The notes under the pieces were generated by a model. That model ran no database searches. It had not been told where the DNA came from and was given only the letters and a program-made list of their open reading frames with translations. DNA of 64,000 bases from the NCBI GenBank assembly GCA_040289515.1, contig PSLI01000005.1, forward strand, positions 12,207-76,206, given 5' to 3'. The translations under genes and the position numbers were made by a program. Origin of the DNA: Candidatus Sysuimicrobiota bacterium (GTDB lineage: Bacteria; Sysuimicrobiota; Sysuimicrobiia; Sysuimicrobiales; Sysuimicrobiaceae). Below, in pieces: positions 9,794-21,052 of the stretch (positions are counted from its first letter, which is position 1; each line of letters starts with the position of its first letter).

Positions 9794-10023
9794 GCCCCAT
9801 CCGCTGCGCGTACCACCCCGACCAGGATGCCCTGCAGTACTGCAACCGCTGCGGCAGGCCCGTGTGCAACGACTGCGTGGTGCGCGCCGCAGCCGGGAAC
9901 CTGTGCCGAACGTGCGCGGAGGGGCGGGCGCGGCCTCGTCCATCTCGGCCGGTTCAGCTGTGGTTATGGCTGGGCGCAGGCGCGGTCTTGCTCCTGCTCT
10001 TCGCCCCGCGGTGGTTCCGGTAG
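9790..10023 (+). CDS. Small B-box-like zinc-finger membrane protein
   Basis: CAYHP..CNRCGRPVCNDC..LCRTC plus C-terminal TM helix. Confidence 0.8.
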   Translation: MSPIRCAYHPDQDALQYCNRCGRPVCNDCVVRAAAGNLCRTCAEGRARPRPSRPVQLWLWLGAGAVLLLLFAPRWFR

Positions 10024-10072
10024 CGAGCACCCCAGGGCGACGCCGCGTCCGTTCCCGGCATCCCGGGTGGCC

Positions 10073-11077
10073 CTACGCGCGCGTGGAAGCGGGGTCCTCG
10101 TGAAACCGCAAAAACGCGGCTTCCAGGGCCAGGCGGGGCGTCACGTTCCGGCGGACAGCCAACCGGGCCTGCTCAAGGGCCTGCAGGCGGCGCCGCAGGG
10201 CTCCACCATCCAGGGTGTGCGCGAGTTCCGCGATCTGCTCCTTGCGGTCCGCGTTCACCAGCAGCGCCGGATCCTGCGTCTCCCGCCAGACCAGCAGGTC
10301 CCGGTACCACAGGGCGGCCACCTCCAGTCGATCCGGAAGGCGCGCGCGGTCCTGGGCGAGGAACTCGCAAGCTTCCAGGGCTGCCAGCAGGCCCTCCTTC
10401 TCCGCCCGCACAAGGCGATCCACCACCGCATCCCGCTCCTCCAGGGCCGCGGGGTCTTTGGACCACCCGGCCGCGCGGGCCGCCCGACCCGCAGACAGGG
10501 CTGCCAGCACCCGGGCGCGGGCAGGCTCCACCCCCAACTGCACCCGCAGGGCATGCTCGATCTGGCTGATGGGTACCAAGTTGAACCGGACCATCTGGCA
10601 CCGGGATACCACGGTGGGCAGCAGGGCGTGGGCGGACTCCACGATCAGCACGAACACCACGCGCTCCGGGGGTTCCTCCAGGACCTTCAGCAGGCTGTTC
10701 TGCGCCTCCGCCAGCATGCTGTCCGCGGGGCAGAACACGAACACCTTCCACCGGCCCTCGTGGGGACCGTAGGCCGCCTCCCGGCGCACCTCCCGCACCT
10801 GGTCGATGCCGATAGCGGTCTTGCCCTCCAGGGGTCGCACCCACCGTACGTCCGGGTGCACACCGCCGGAGACCTTGCGGCACGGCTCGCAGACCGCGCA
10901 GCTGTCCTCGTGGTAGCGCTCGCACTGAAGGGCCTGCGCGAAGGCTGCGGCGGTCTCCGACCGGCCCGTGCCCGCGGGCCCCGCGAACAGGTATGCGTGG
11001 TGCACCCGTCCGCTGCGGAGCGCCGATCGGAGCAGCCCGATGGCATGGTGCTGGTCCAGGACGTCCGCGAAGCGCAC
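10073..11077 (-). CDS. holB: DNA polymerase III delta' subunit
   Basis: HAYLFAGP, Zn Cys cluster, HPD, QNSLLKVLEEPP, SRC. Confidence 0.95.
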   Translation of the reverse strand: MRFADVLDQHHAIGLLRSALRSGRVHHAYLFAGPAGTGRSETAAAFAQALQCERYHEDSCAVCEPCRKVSGGVHPDVRWVRPLEGKTAIGIDQVREVRREAAYGPHEGRWKVFVFCPADSMLAEAQNSLLKVLEEPPERVVFVLIVESAHALLPTVVSRCQMVRFNLVPISQIEHALRVQLGVEPARARVLAALSAGRAARAAGWSKDPAALEERDAVVDRLVRAEKEGLLAALEACEFLAQDRARLPDRLEVAALWYRDLLVWRETQDPALLVNADRKEQIAELAHTLDGGALRRRLQALEQARLAVRRNVTPRLALEAAFLRFHEDPASTRA

Positions 11078-11080
11078 GGC

Positions 11081-11410
11081 CTACACCCGCTCCATCCGAT
11101 CCACGCTCAGCACGAACACCACACCCCCGCCCACCTGCACCCTCACCGGATACGCGGCGTAGGCGTCCACGGGCTCGACCACGGGCGGGAGGGGGCTTAC
11201 CAGCTGCTCCCGGACCCGGCAGGTGCGCCGCACCACCTCTAGCACCCGCTCCACGTCCGCGTCCTCCACCCCGATGAGAACCGTGGCGTTCCCGCTGCGC
11301 AGAAACCCCCCCGTGGACGCCAGCAGGGTGGCTGAGAAGCCCGACTCCGTGAGGGTGTCCATCAGCCGTCCGGAGTCCTTCTCCTGCACGATGGCCAGCA
11401 CCAGCTTCAT
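11081..11410 (-). CDS. darA: PII-like cyclic-di-AMP receptor (DarA/PstA/YaaQ)
   Basis: MKLVLAIVQEKD, STGGFLRSGNATVLIGV, VQVGGGVVFV; lies between tmk and holB. Confidence 0.92.
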   Translation of the reverse strand: MKLVLAIVQEKDSGRLMDTLTESGFSATLLASTGGFLRSGNATVLIGVEDADVERVLEVVRRTCRVREQLVSPLPPVVEPVDAYAAYPVRVQVGGGVVFVLSVDRMERV

Positions 11411-12042
11411 CCGCCCGCCGCCTTCCTCTCCACCAAAGGCCAGACCTCCTCCCAGATGCGTTCCTCCACCCGGTCCGGCTCCTGGTCCGCCGGGATTACA
11501 CGGATGCGCGGGTCTTCGCGGCTCAGCTGCAGATACCCTTCCCGCACGCGCCGGTGGAACGCCAGGTCCTCCTGCTCCATGCGGTCCTGGGCGCCCGCTT
11601 GCCTGTCCCGCGCCAGGCCCTCCTCCACCGGCAGGTCCAGCACCACGACCAGGTCGGGTAGCAGTCCCCCTGTGGCCAGTTCATTGGCCCGCCACACCGC
11701 CTGCACACCCAGCCCCCGGCCATATCCCTGGTAGGCTACGGAGGCGTACACGCAGCGGTCGGAGACCACCACCTGCCCCCGCTGCAGGGCCGACTGCACG
11801 ACCTCCCGCAAAAGCTGGGCCCGCGCCGCTGCGAATAGCAGTGCTTCGGCTTCCGGGGCCATGTTTCCATAGGTGGGGTCTGCCAGCAGAAGCCGCACCT
11901 GCTCGCCTAGGGGTGTTGTGCCCGGCTCCCGCACCTCTACCACCTCCAGCCCCCGCGCCCGGAGCCGTGCCGCCAGACGCCGCGCCTGAGTCGTCTTGCC
12001 CGAGCCGTCTGGGCCCTCCAGGGCGATGTACAGGCCGCCCAC
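11407..12042 (-). CDS. tmk: Thymidylate kinase
   Basis: EGPDGSGKTT, REPG, DR..SVAYQG. Confidence 0.96.
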   Translation of the reverse strand: MGGLYIALEGPDGSGKTTQARRLAARLRARGLEVVEVREPGTTPLGEQVRLLLADPTYGNMAPEAEALLFAAARAQLLREVVQSALQRGQVVVSDRCVYASVAYQGYGRGLGVQAVWRANELATGGLLPDLVVVLDLPVEEGLARDRQAGAQDRMEQEDLAFHRRVREGYLQLSREDPRIRVIPADQEPDRVEERIWEEVWPLVERKAAGG

Positions 12043-12057
12043 GGGAATTCGCGCCCG

Positions 12058-13659
<1,602 letters not shown>

Positions 13660-13768
13660 TGTTCGTCCCCTCCTTTAAAAAAACGACGAGAGAGCACCCT
13701 GCCCTCCCGTCGGTCGCTGTGGGCAACCTCTTTGTCCGGACCGCCACGTCGGTCGCACCCCTATTGTA
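13660..13768 (-). promoter_or_regulatory. Promoter -10 and structured leader ending in an intrinsic terminator
   Basis: TACAAT at 13768-13763; hairpin 13684-13712 with T7 tail directly before SD AAAGGAGG. Confidence 0.7.
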
Positions 13769-13788
13769 CCCGCCCCACCCCATCCCGC

Positions 13789-14976
13789 CTAGGCCACCGC
13801 CTGGAGGACGAAGCACTTCAGGTAGCGGGTCTCCGGCATGCTGCCCAGGGCCGGATGGTCCCGCGCCTGGGAGCGCTGCTCCACGAGCCGCAGACGCCGC
13901 CCCGCGTCCCTCGCCGCGTCCAGTACCACGCCCCACAGGGTCGCCTCGTCCACGTGGTACGAGCACGAGCAGGTGATCAAAAACCCCCCCGGCCGCAACA
14001 GCTTCAGTGCCCAGAGGTTGATGTCGCGGTACCCGGACAGGGCCCGACGGACCGCCTCCTTGCGCCGCGCGAAGGCGGGCGGATCCAGGACCACCCAGTC
14101 GAAGGTGCGTCCCTCCCGGGCCAAAGACCGGAGCTCGTCGAAGGCGTTGGCCACCCGGTACTGACAGCGGTCCGCGACCCCGTTGAGGCGCGCGTTCTCC
14201 TGGGCCAGATGTACCGCCTCCTCGCTCACCTCGATCCCCAGCACGGACCGGGCGCCCGCCAGGGCCGCATGGATCCCGAACCCTCCCGTGTAACAAAACA
14301 CCTCCAAGGCTTCCCCGTCCCGGGCCAGGCCAGCTGCGCTGATCCGGTTCTCCCGCTGGTCGCAGAACCACCCCGTCTTCTGGCCTCCCTGCACGTCCAC
14401 CACAAACCGGGCGGGGTCCTCCTGCACCACCTGCTTCAGCTCCGCCTCGCCCCGGAGGAAGCCCTGGTGTCGTGGCAGACCCTCCAGTTCCCGGGTGTGG
14501 GGGTCGTTCCGGAGGTACACGGCGCGGCAGCCCGTCAGGGAGAGAAGGAGGTCCGCGAATAGGTCCTTGCGCACGTCCATGCCGACGGTCAGGGTCTGCA
14601 TGACGAGCAGGTCGTTGTACCGGTCCACCACCAGGCCCGGCAGCAGGTCCCCCTCCCCATACACCAACCGGTACGCGGTGGTTCCCGACACCACCCGCTC
14701 CCGCAGTTGCAGCGCCTCCCGCAGCCGACGCTCGAAGAAGGCCTCGTCCACGGGCTCCTCGCGACAGGTGAGCAGGCGGACCCGGATGGCAGAAACTGGG
14801 CTGTAGGTCCCGCGCCCCAGGAACTCTTGCCGCCACGACCGAACGTCCACCAGCTCGCCGGGGGCGGGCTCTCCCCGCACCTCCTCGATCTCCCCCTCGT
14901 ATACCCACAGGTGGCCATCGCGCAGCCGCCGTTCCCGGCCGCGCCGCAGCGCCACCGTGGGGGCGCGGGCGGCCAT
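13789..14976 (-). CDS. rlmI: RlmI/RlmK-like SAM-dependent rRNA methyltransferase (PUA domain)
   Basis: GHLWVY, EGDLLPGLVVDRY, GQKTGWFCDQR, VLDPPAFA, CSCS. Confidence 0.88.
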   Translation of the reverse strand: MAARAPTVALRRGRERRLRDGHLWVYEGEIEEVRGEPAPGELVDVRSWRQEFLGRGTYSPVSAIRVRLLTCREEPVDEAFFERRLREALQLRERVVSGTTAYRLVYGEGDLLPGLVVDRYNDLLVMQTLTVGMDVRKDLFADLLLSLTGCRAVYLRNDPHTRELEGLPRHQGFLRGEAELKQVVQEDPARFVVDVQGGQKTGWFCDQRENRISAAGLARDGEALEVFCYTGGFGIHAALAGARSVLGIEVSEEAVHLAQENARLNGVADRCQYRVANAFDELRSLAREGRTFDWVVLDPPAFARRKEAVRRALSGYRDINLWALKLLRPGGFLITCSCSYHVDEATLWGVVLDAARDAGRRLRLVEQRSQARDHPALGSMPETRYLKCFVLQAVA

Positions 14977-14981
14977 GCCGG

Positions 14982-16223
14982 TCAGAACAGGCTCATCTGG
15001 GCCGTCTCCGGCTCACCCGTGGGTGTCGGTGCGGGGCTGTCCTCGAACAGGTGGATGCGCCCGAACTCTCCATCGTAGCCCGGCTCGATGTGCACCCGCC
15101 CAGCTCGCATGCGACGGATCCCCTCCACCACCTTCGGGTGCGTGGCCCGCTCCAGCTCCTCCAGGGGAGCCTCCTCCAGCACCCGGAGCTCGTCCCCGAA
15201 GTGGGCCACCAGCTTGAGGTACTCGTCCCGCACGCGCCCGGTGCCCACGCCCTGCCCCAACGCCTCCGCCAGGATCTCCTCCAACGGGATCAGGTTGCGG
15301 TACCCGGGCCGCCCTGTGGGCCGCACCCCCTCCTCGCGGTCCGCCAGCGACTCCACCCGGTGCAGGACCCCCACGGTGACGGGCCGACCGCAGCGGGGGC
15401 AGCGGCCTCCGTACTGGCGGGTGATACGCGGCGGCCACCGGACCCCGCACCCCCGGTGACCGTCGTAGTGGTACTTGCCCTCCTCCGGAAAGAACTCGAT
15501 GGTGTAGTCTACCCGACCGGTGCGCAGGGTCTCCACGATGGCGGGATATGACCGCTCACAGTCCAGCACCGTGGCCTCCCGCCCCAACTTTGTGGGGGAG
15601 TGGGCGTCGCTGAAGGACACCAGGGTCACCCCGTCCAGGAAGCTGCAGCGCCAGTTCATGGGCGGGTCGCTGCTGAGCCCCGTCTCGAGGGCGCGCACGT
15701 GGGGCAGCTGGTCGCCGAAGCAGCTTTCGAGGTCGTCGAACCCCGACTGGGAGCCCAATACGGAGAACCACGGGGTCCACGCGTGCGCGGGGATCACCAG
15801 GCAGCCCGGGGACAGCTCCATCACGTACTCCACCAGCTTGGCGCAGGAGATGGTCAAAGTAGGCCGGCCGTCCGCGAAAAGGTTGCCGAAGCGCCCCAGA
15901 ACCGCAGCGATCCGGTCGCACACCTCGAAGGAGGGGCTCAGGAGGATGCTGTGCACCTTGCGCAGCCGGCCGTCTTGCGGGTACACGTTGCTGACCTCCG
16001 CGGTGAGCAGGAAGCGGGTCTCCCCATACCGGTACAGCCCGGGCTCCGCGGGTTCCAGCTTGGCCTGCAGCTCCCGGCGCCACACGGGGTGCGTGAAGTC
16101 CCCCGTGCCCACCACGTGGATGCCCTTCCGCCGTGCCCACAGGGCCAGGTTTTCCACGTCCATGTCGCGGCTGGTGGCCCGGCTGTACTTGGAGTGGACG
16201 TGCAGGTCGCACACCAGTCTCAT
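14982..16223 (-). CDS. Endonuclease Q family (PHP domain)
   Basis: DLHVHSKYSRATS, GTGDFTHP, ETGLSSDP, SDAHS, GKYH, PGYDGEFG. Confidence 0.9.
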   Translation of the reverse strand: MRLVCDLHVHSKYSRATSRDMDVENLALWARRKGIHVVGTGDFTHPVWRRELQAKLEPAEPGLYRYGETRFLLTAEVSNVYPQDGRLRKVHSILLSPSFEVCDRIAAVLGRFGNLFADGRPTLTISCAKLVEYVMELSPGCLVIPAHAWTPWFSVLGSQSGFDDLESCFGDQLPHVRALETGLSSDPPMNWRCSFLDGVTLVSFSDAHSPTKLGREATVLDCERSYPAIVETLRTGRVDYTIEFFPEEGKYHYDGHRGCGVRWPPRITRQYGGRCPRCGRPVTVGVLHRVESLADREEGVRPTGRPGYRNLIPLEEILAEALGQGVGTGRVRDEYLKLVAHFGDELRVLEEAPLEELERATHPKVVEGIRRMRAGRVHIEPGYDGEFGRIHLFEDSPAPTPTGEPETAQMSLF

Positions 16224-17080
16224 GGGCGACCTCCCCGCGCGGGTCCCACGAGCCACTCCCGGACCCGTGCGTAGGTCACCGGGAGCACGGAACTCAGGCC
16301 GTAGCCGGGGAACCGGTTGCGCAGGTCGGCGGCCACCTCCGCCTCTCCCTTCCCGGTAGCCAGGCCCTGGCGGATCGCCTCCTCCACCGCGTCGTGGTAC
16401 GCAGCCTGCGCCGCCAGCAGCTCGGGCCCCCCCGGCAGCCCGTGTCCGGGCACGAACACCTCCGCATCCAGCGACCGCAGGGCCTCCAGGCCGCGACGGG
16501 CTCCCGCGAGATCCGCGTCCTGGTAGTTAAAGTGGTATCCGTTGAACACCAAATCCCCGCACACCGCCACGCCCCAGTCCGGCAAATACACGAAGGCGTC
16601 CCCGGGCGTGTGGGCGTGACCGGGGTGCCACACCTCCACTTCCACGCCCAGGTGCACCCCGATCCCCTCGTCAAAGGTGAGGGTCGGCAGCACCAGCACC
16701 ACCTCCTCGAGCAGCTCCGCGAGCTCGGGCTGAGCCCGGCGGGCGGCCAGCTGGCCTGGATGCTCCGTGGCCATGCGTTCCCGGCACGCCCGGTGCGACA
16801 CCACGAGCGCCCCTTGCCGGACAAAGTGCACCGCGCCCCACGTGTGGTCTGCGTGGTGGTGGGTCAGGATCACCAGCCGCACCGGCCGGTCCGTCCGCTC
16901 CCGCAGCGCTGCCTCCACCCGCCGCGCGTGGGCGGGCGACAGGGACGCGTCCACCAGCACCACCCCTGCGTCCGCCACCACCGCCACGCAGTTGGCACCG
17001 TACGCGGCCGCGGGTCCATCGCCCTCGAAGCCGAACACCCACACGCTGTCTTGGACCTGGATCTCCCTTAGCTGGCTCAT
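16220..17080 (-). CDS. MBL-fold metallo-hydrolase (cyclase-like)
   Basis: THHHADHTWG, AHTPGD, GDLVF, PGHG. Confidence 0.88.
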   Translation of the reverse strand: MSQLREIQVQDSVWVFGFEGDGPAAAYGANCVAVVADAGVVLVDASLSPAHARRVEAALRERTDRPVRLVILTHHHADHTWGAVHFVRQGALVVSHRACRERMATEHPGQLAARRAQPELAELLEEVVLVLPTLTFDEGIGVHLGVEVEVWHPGHAHTPGDAFVYLPDWGVAVCGDLVFNGYHFNYQDADLAGARRGLEALRSLDAEVFVPGHGLPGGPELLAAQAAYHDAVEEAIRQGLATGKGEAEVAADLRNRFPGYGLSSVLPVTYARVREWLVGPARGGRP

Positions 17081-17185
17081 ACGCCTTCTATTCGAGGTGC
17101 CGGCCGCGGCTCCCCCCTGCCGGAAGGCCGCGGCGGGCTGCTTGTGGGAGAAATATGCGGGCCCGGCCGCACGTTGTCCCCGAGC

Positions 17186-17600
17186 ATGGAGCAACAGGAG
17201 CCGCTGGACGCGTACTCTCAGGCCGTGGTGCGTGCGGTGGAGGTCGTCGGGCCGGCGGTGGTCAGGGTGGGGCTCCGGCGGACCCCCGACCCGTGGCGGC
17301 CCCGCGGGATGCCCGAGATGCGTGGGGCCGGCAGCGGGGTGATCATCACCCCCGACAGCCTGGAGGCCGACCGCGCGGCCCGTGTGGTGCACGTGGAACC
17401 GGCCTCCGCGGCGGACCGTGCTGGGCTGCGCCCAGGAGACCTGGTGGTGCGGGCCTCGGACCGGGTGGTGCGGGGGCCCAAGGACCTGCAGCTGGCTGTG
17501 GCCCAGCACCCGCCGGGACAGCCCCTGGAGGTGTAGCTGCTGCGCCACCGCCGCCTGCTGCGGGTGGAGGCGATCCCCACGGAGCTCGGGGATCGGCGGG
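17186..17600 (+). pseudogene. HtrA/DegP-type protease remnant; protease domain deleted, PDZ interrupted by TAG
   Basis: LDAYSQAVV..GPAVV..GAGSGVIITPD joined directly to PDZ-like VEPASAADRAGLRPGDLVV; stop 17534-17536, after which PDZ-like sequence continues. Confidence 0.8.
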
Positions 17601-17674
17601 TACAATCGAGCTGGACCGATGCCGCGGGGCGGTGCTCACGCGAGGGCCTGCGCCGCGGCACGGAGGCTCCTTCG

Positions 17675-18145
17675 ATGCGGGCGGTGGTGCTGCTGGTAGC
17701 AACGTTGGTCTGGGCGACCGCTGCGGCCGCGCCCGCGAAGCGCGGCACGGTGGTCCTGGTGGACGGGGGCCGGCGGGTCAGCCTGGAGGTGGAAGTGGCG
17801 GACACCCCCACCACCCAGGCCCGTGGGCTCATGTACCGCACGTGGCTGCCAGAGTACGCCGGTATGCTGTTTGTGTTCGACGCACCCCAGCGCCTGGCGT
17901 TTTGGATGAAGAACACCCGGATTCCCCTGTCCATCGCCTTCATCGACAGTGCGTGGCGCATCGTGGACATTCAGGATATGGACCCGCCCGCGCCGGGCGG
18001 TGAGCTCCCCATCTATGTGTCGCGCCGGGAAGCGCAGTATGCCCTGGAGGTCAACCAGGGATTCTTCGCCCGCCACGGGATCGGCATCGGCGCCCGGGTG
18101 GTGTACCGGCCGTGCACCGCCCGGATGCTCCTGGCCGCACAGTGA
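17675..18145 (+). CDS. DUF192 family exported protein
   Basis: VEVADTP..RGLMYR, GMLFVF, FWMKNTRIPLSIAFID, ALEVNQG. Confidence 0.92.
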   Translation: MRAVVLLVATLVWATAAAAPAKRGTVVLVDGGRRVSLEVEVADTPTTQARGLMYRTWLPEYAGMLFVFDAPQRLAFWMKNTRIPLSIAFIDSAWRIVDIQDMDPPAPGGELPIYVSRREAQYALEVNQGFFARHGIGIGARVVYRPCTARMLLAAQ

Positions 18146-18606
18146 CCGCCCGGTCCGGGGCGTTCCTGCTTTTCTGCGCTGCGTCGGTGGCCTACTCCCC
18201 AACTGCCCGCACGTCCCTGTGCCTGCCCTCGGACGGCCGGTTTGAACTCCGCTACCTGCACTCCGTGGAGCGTACCCCGGTGGTGGAGCGGTACCGGGTG
18301 GCGGCCGACGGGACCCTGTGGCTGGAGGGCATGCGTTTCCGCTCCTCCGGCTGGGGATTCCCATCGGAGGGCTTCCGCCGGCACGGCGCGTGGTTCGAGA
18401 CCACCCACCCGCCCCGGCGCCTAGACGGGCTGGTCCTCCGGGTCAGCCGCCTGAGCCGGCAGGAGCTGCGCGCAGGCGTGCGGGTGCTGGCGCTGTACCC
18501 GCTCGCCCGGGAGGGGGCGGCGCTGCGGGTGGACCCGTTTACCCGGGGCCGTTGCCCCCGCGGCCTGATCCTGCGCTCGGTGGCGCGGGGCCGTTCGGTC
18601 CGCTAG
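18142..18606 (+). CDS. DUF1850 family protein
   Basis: FELRYLHSVERTPVVERY; GTGA coupling with upstream gene. Confidence 0.75.
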   Translation: MTARSGAFLLFCAASVAYSPTARTSLCLPSDGRFELRYLHSVERTPVVERYRVAADGTLWLEGMRFRSSGWGFPSEGFRRHGAWFETTHPPRRLDGLVLRVSRLSRQELRAGVRVLALYPLAREGAALRVDPFTRGRCPRGLILRSVARGRSVR

Positions 18607-18671
18607 CATAGTTAGTTGGCTTCCGGGAGCCGGAGCCCGCGGATGAGTTTGCACACCGGAGGAGGATCCGC

Positions 18672-21002
18672 ATGTCGGAGGCAAAGATCGTCCTGCCACC
18701 GTTTGGCACCGCGGAGCTGGTGGCTTTGTGGCTGGTCCTGGGCTCCGCGGTGCTGGCCCTGGCGTACGGGTGGGCGCTGCGCCGGCGCGTGCTGAGCCGG
18801 GATCCTGGACCCGAGGCCATGGTAGCCGTGGCCAGGGCCATCCAGGAGGGCGCCCACGTGTACCTGTCACGCCAGGCCCGCACCATGGCGTGGTTCGTGC
18901 TCCTGCTAGCCGTGGCCCTGTACGCCCTGTACGCGCCCCTGTACCGGGACCGGCCTTCCCTGGCACTGGGCGTGGCGGTGGCGTTCCTGATGGGCTGCCT
19001 GGCCTCCTACGGCGCGGGCTACGTGGGGATGACCTCCGCGGTTCACGGAAACGTGCGGGTGGCCAGCGCCGCACGCCGCTCGTTTAAGGAAGCGCTGGAA
19101 TTGGCCTTCCAGGCGGGGACCATCTCCGGCATGTTCACCGTAGGGCTGGGGCTGCTGGGAGCGGTGGTCATCTTCCTGTTGTTCCGGGAGCACGCCATGC
19201 GGGTCCTGGTGGGCTTCGGGTTCGGCGGCTCTTTGGTGGCGGCCTTCATGCGGGTCGGCGGCGGGATCTACACCAAGGCCGCGGACGTGGGTGCGGACCT
19301 GGTGGGGAAGCTGGAAGCTGGGATCCCGGAGGACGACCCACGGAACGCGGCGGTGATCGCGGACAACGTAGGCGACAACGTGGGGGACTGCGCGGGGATG
19401 GCGGCGGACGTCTTCGAGTCCTACGAGGTCACCCTGGTAGCAGCCATCCTCCTGGGCGCCGCCACCCTCCTGGAGCCCACCTTCCGCGCCCGCTTCCCCA
19501 CCGAGGCGGCCGCGCAGGCTTTCGCCCTCAAGCTGGTGGTCTTCCCCTTCCTGGTTCGCGCGGTGGGCGTGTTCGCCTCGGTGGTGGGGACCTGGGTGGT
19601 GCGGGGTTCCCACGAGGCTGTCGGCGACCCCATGAAGCCCATCAGCCGGGGCTTCTGGACCGCTGCGGGTCTGGCAACGGTGGGGTTCGGGCTGCTGAGT
19701 GCCTTCTACCTGGGCGACGGGCGCTACTTCCTGGCCACCTTCACCGGCATCCTGCTGGCGGTGGTCATCGAGCGGATCACGGACTACTACACCCACACGG
19801 ACCGCGCGCCCGTGACGGAGATCGCGTACTCCAGCAAGACGGGCGCGGCCACCTTGCTCCTCACGGGGATGGGGCTCGGAATGGAGTCCAGCGTGGGGTC
19901 CGTAGCGGCCATCGGCGCCACCATTCTGACCAGCTTTGCCATTTTCGGCGGTGACCCGGCCCTGTCCGCGTACGGCATCGCCCTGGCAGGGCTCGGGCTG
20001 CTCACCACCACGGGTTTCATCCTGGCGGAGGATACCTACGGGCCCATCGTGGACAACGCCAACGGGATCTTCGAGATGTCCGGGGTGGAGCGGGGCGACA
20101 GCCTCGCGGGCCGGGTGGTGGCGCGCCTGGACCAGGTGGGCAACACCACCAAGGCCCTCACAAAGGGGTTCGCCATCGGCACCGCGGTGGTGGCAGCCAC
20201 CGCCCTGTTCCGGTCCTACCTGACGGAGGCGCAGCTGTTCGCGGATCCCCGGGAGCTGTCCCAGGCTGTCGCTTCCGGCAGCTCCGCGCTCCTCCAGGCC
20301 CTGGAACGGGTTGGCATCCAGGTGAATCTGCCTTCGGTGTTCGTGGGCCTGCTCCTTGGGGGCGCGGTACCATTTCTGGTGTCCGCCTTCCTCATCCGGG
20401 CCGTGGGACGGTCGGCCTTCCACGTGGTGGAGGAAGTGCGCCGCCAGTTCCGGGAGATCCCCGGCCTGCTGGAGGGGCGGGCCCGCCCGGAGTACTCCCG
20501 CTGCGTGGACATCGTGACAGCGGCGGCGCAACGGGAGCTGATTCCCTCGGCCCTGGTGGCCCTGGCGGCACCCGTGCTGGTGGGGTTCTCCCTGGGGGCG
20601 GCGGCGCTGGGAGGGTACCTGGCCGGGGCGATTCTCACCGCCCAGCTGCTGGCGGTGTTCATGGCCAACACCGGCGGCGCGTGGGACAACGCCAAGAAGA
20701 AGATCGAGGACGGTTACCTGGGTGGCAAGGGTACCGAGGCGCACCGGGCCGGAGTGGTGGGGGACACCGTGGGCGACCCCCTCAAGGACACCGCGGGACC
20801 CGCACTGAACCCCATCATCAAGGTCATGAATCTGGTGGCCCTGCTCATCGCGCCCGTGCTGGTGCGGCCGCTGCCTGTCCTGGTGGGGGTCGCCGTGGGT
20901 GCGGGAGCCCTCGGTGCCATCGCGCTGGCGGTGTGGATGAGCAAGCGCGGCACACGGGTGGAAGCCCCGCAGGCCCAGCGGGCCCCTGCGGCCTCCGGCT
21001 AG
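18672..21002 (+). CDS. hppA: Membrane pyrophosphatase, K+-independent H+-translocating type
   Basis: GGIYTKAADVGADLVGK, DNVGDNVGD, GNTTKA, GDTVGDPLKD. Confidence 0.95.
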   Translation: MSEAKIVLPPFGTAELVALWLVLGSAVLALAYGWALRRRVLSRDPGPEAMVAVARAIQEGAHVYLSRQARTMAWFVLLLAVALYALYAPLYRDRPSLALGVAVAFLMGCLASYGAGYVGMTSAVHGNVRVASAARRSFKEALELAFQAGTISGMFTVGLGLLGAVVIFLLFREHAMRVLVGFGFGGSLVAAFMRVGGGIYTKAADVGADLVGKLEAGIPEDDPRNAAVIADNVGDNVGDCAGMAADVFESYEVTLVAAILLGAATLLEPTFRARFPTEAAAQAFALKLVVFPFLVRAVGVFASVVGTWVVRGSHEAVGDPMKPISRGFWTAAGLATVGFGLLSAFYLGDGRYFLATFTGILLAVVIERITDYYTHTDRAPVTEIAYSSKTGAATLLLTGMGLGMESSVGSVAAIGATILTSFAIFGGDPALSAYGIALAGLGLLTTTGFILAEDTYGPIVDNANGIFEMSGVERGDSLAGRVVARLDQVGNTTKALTKGFAIGTAVVAATALFRSYLTEAQLFADPRELSQAVASGSSALLQALERVGIQVNLPSVFVGLLLGGAVPFLVSAFLIRAVGRSAFHVVEEVRRQFREIPGLLEGRARPEYSRCVDIVTAAAQRELIPSALVALAAPVLVGFSLGAAALGGYLAGAILTAQLLAVFMANTGGAWDNAKKKIEDGYLGGKGTEAHRAGVVGDTVGDPLKDTAGPALNPIIKVMNLVALLIAPVLVRPLPVLVGVAVGAGALGAIALAVWMSKRGTRVEAPQAQRAPAASG

Positions 21003-21052
21003 CTTCATGTGCTCCGTGGCGGAGGTGGAGAACACCTGCTAGGCTGTTAGTT

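Noticed and set aside
17534..17536. Pyrrolysine or other read-through at the in-frame TAG
   Set aside because: The gene already lacks its protease domain and no pyl genes are present; simple decay is sufficient.
18906..21035. Long antisense and alternate-frame ORFs (this 709-aa one, also 38892-40997, 47522-49486, 53016-54884)
   Set aside because: Shadows of real genes on the opposite strand, caused by stop-codon scarcity at high GC; no motifs.
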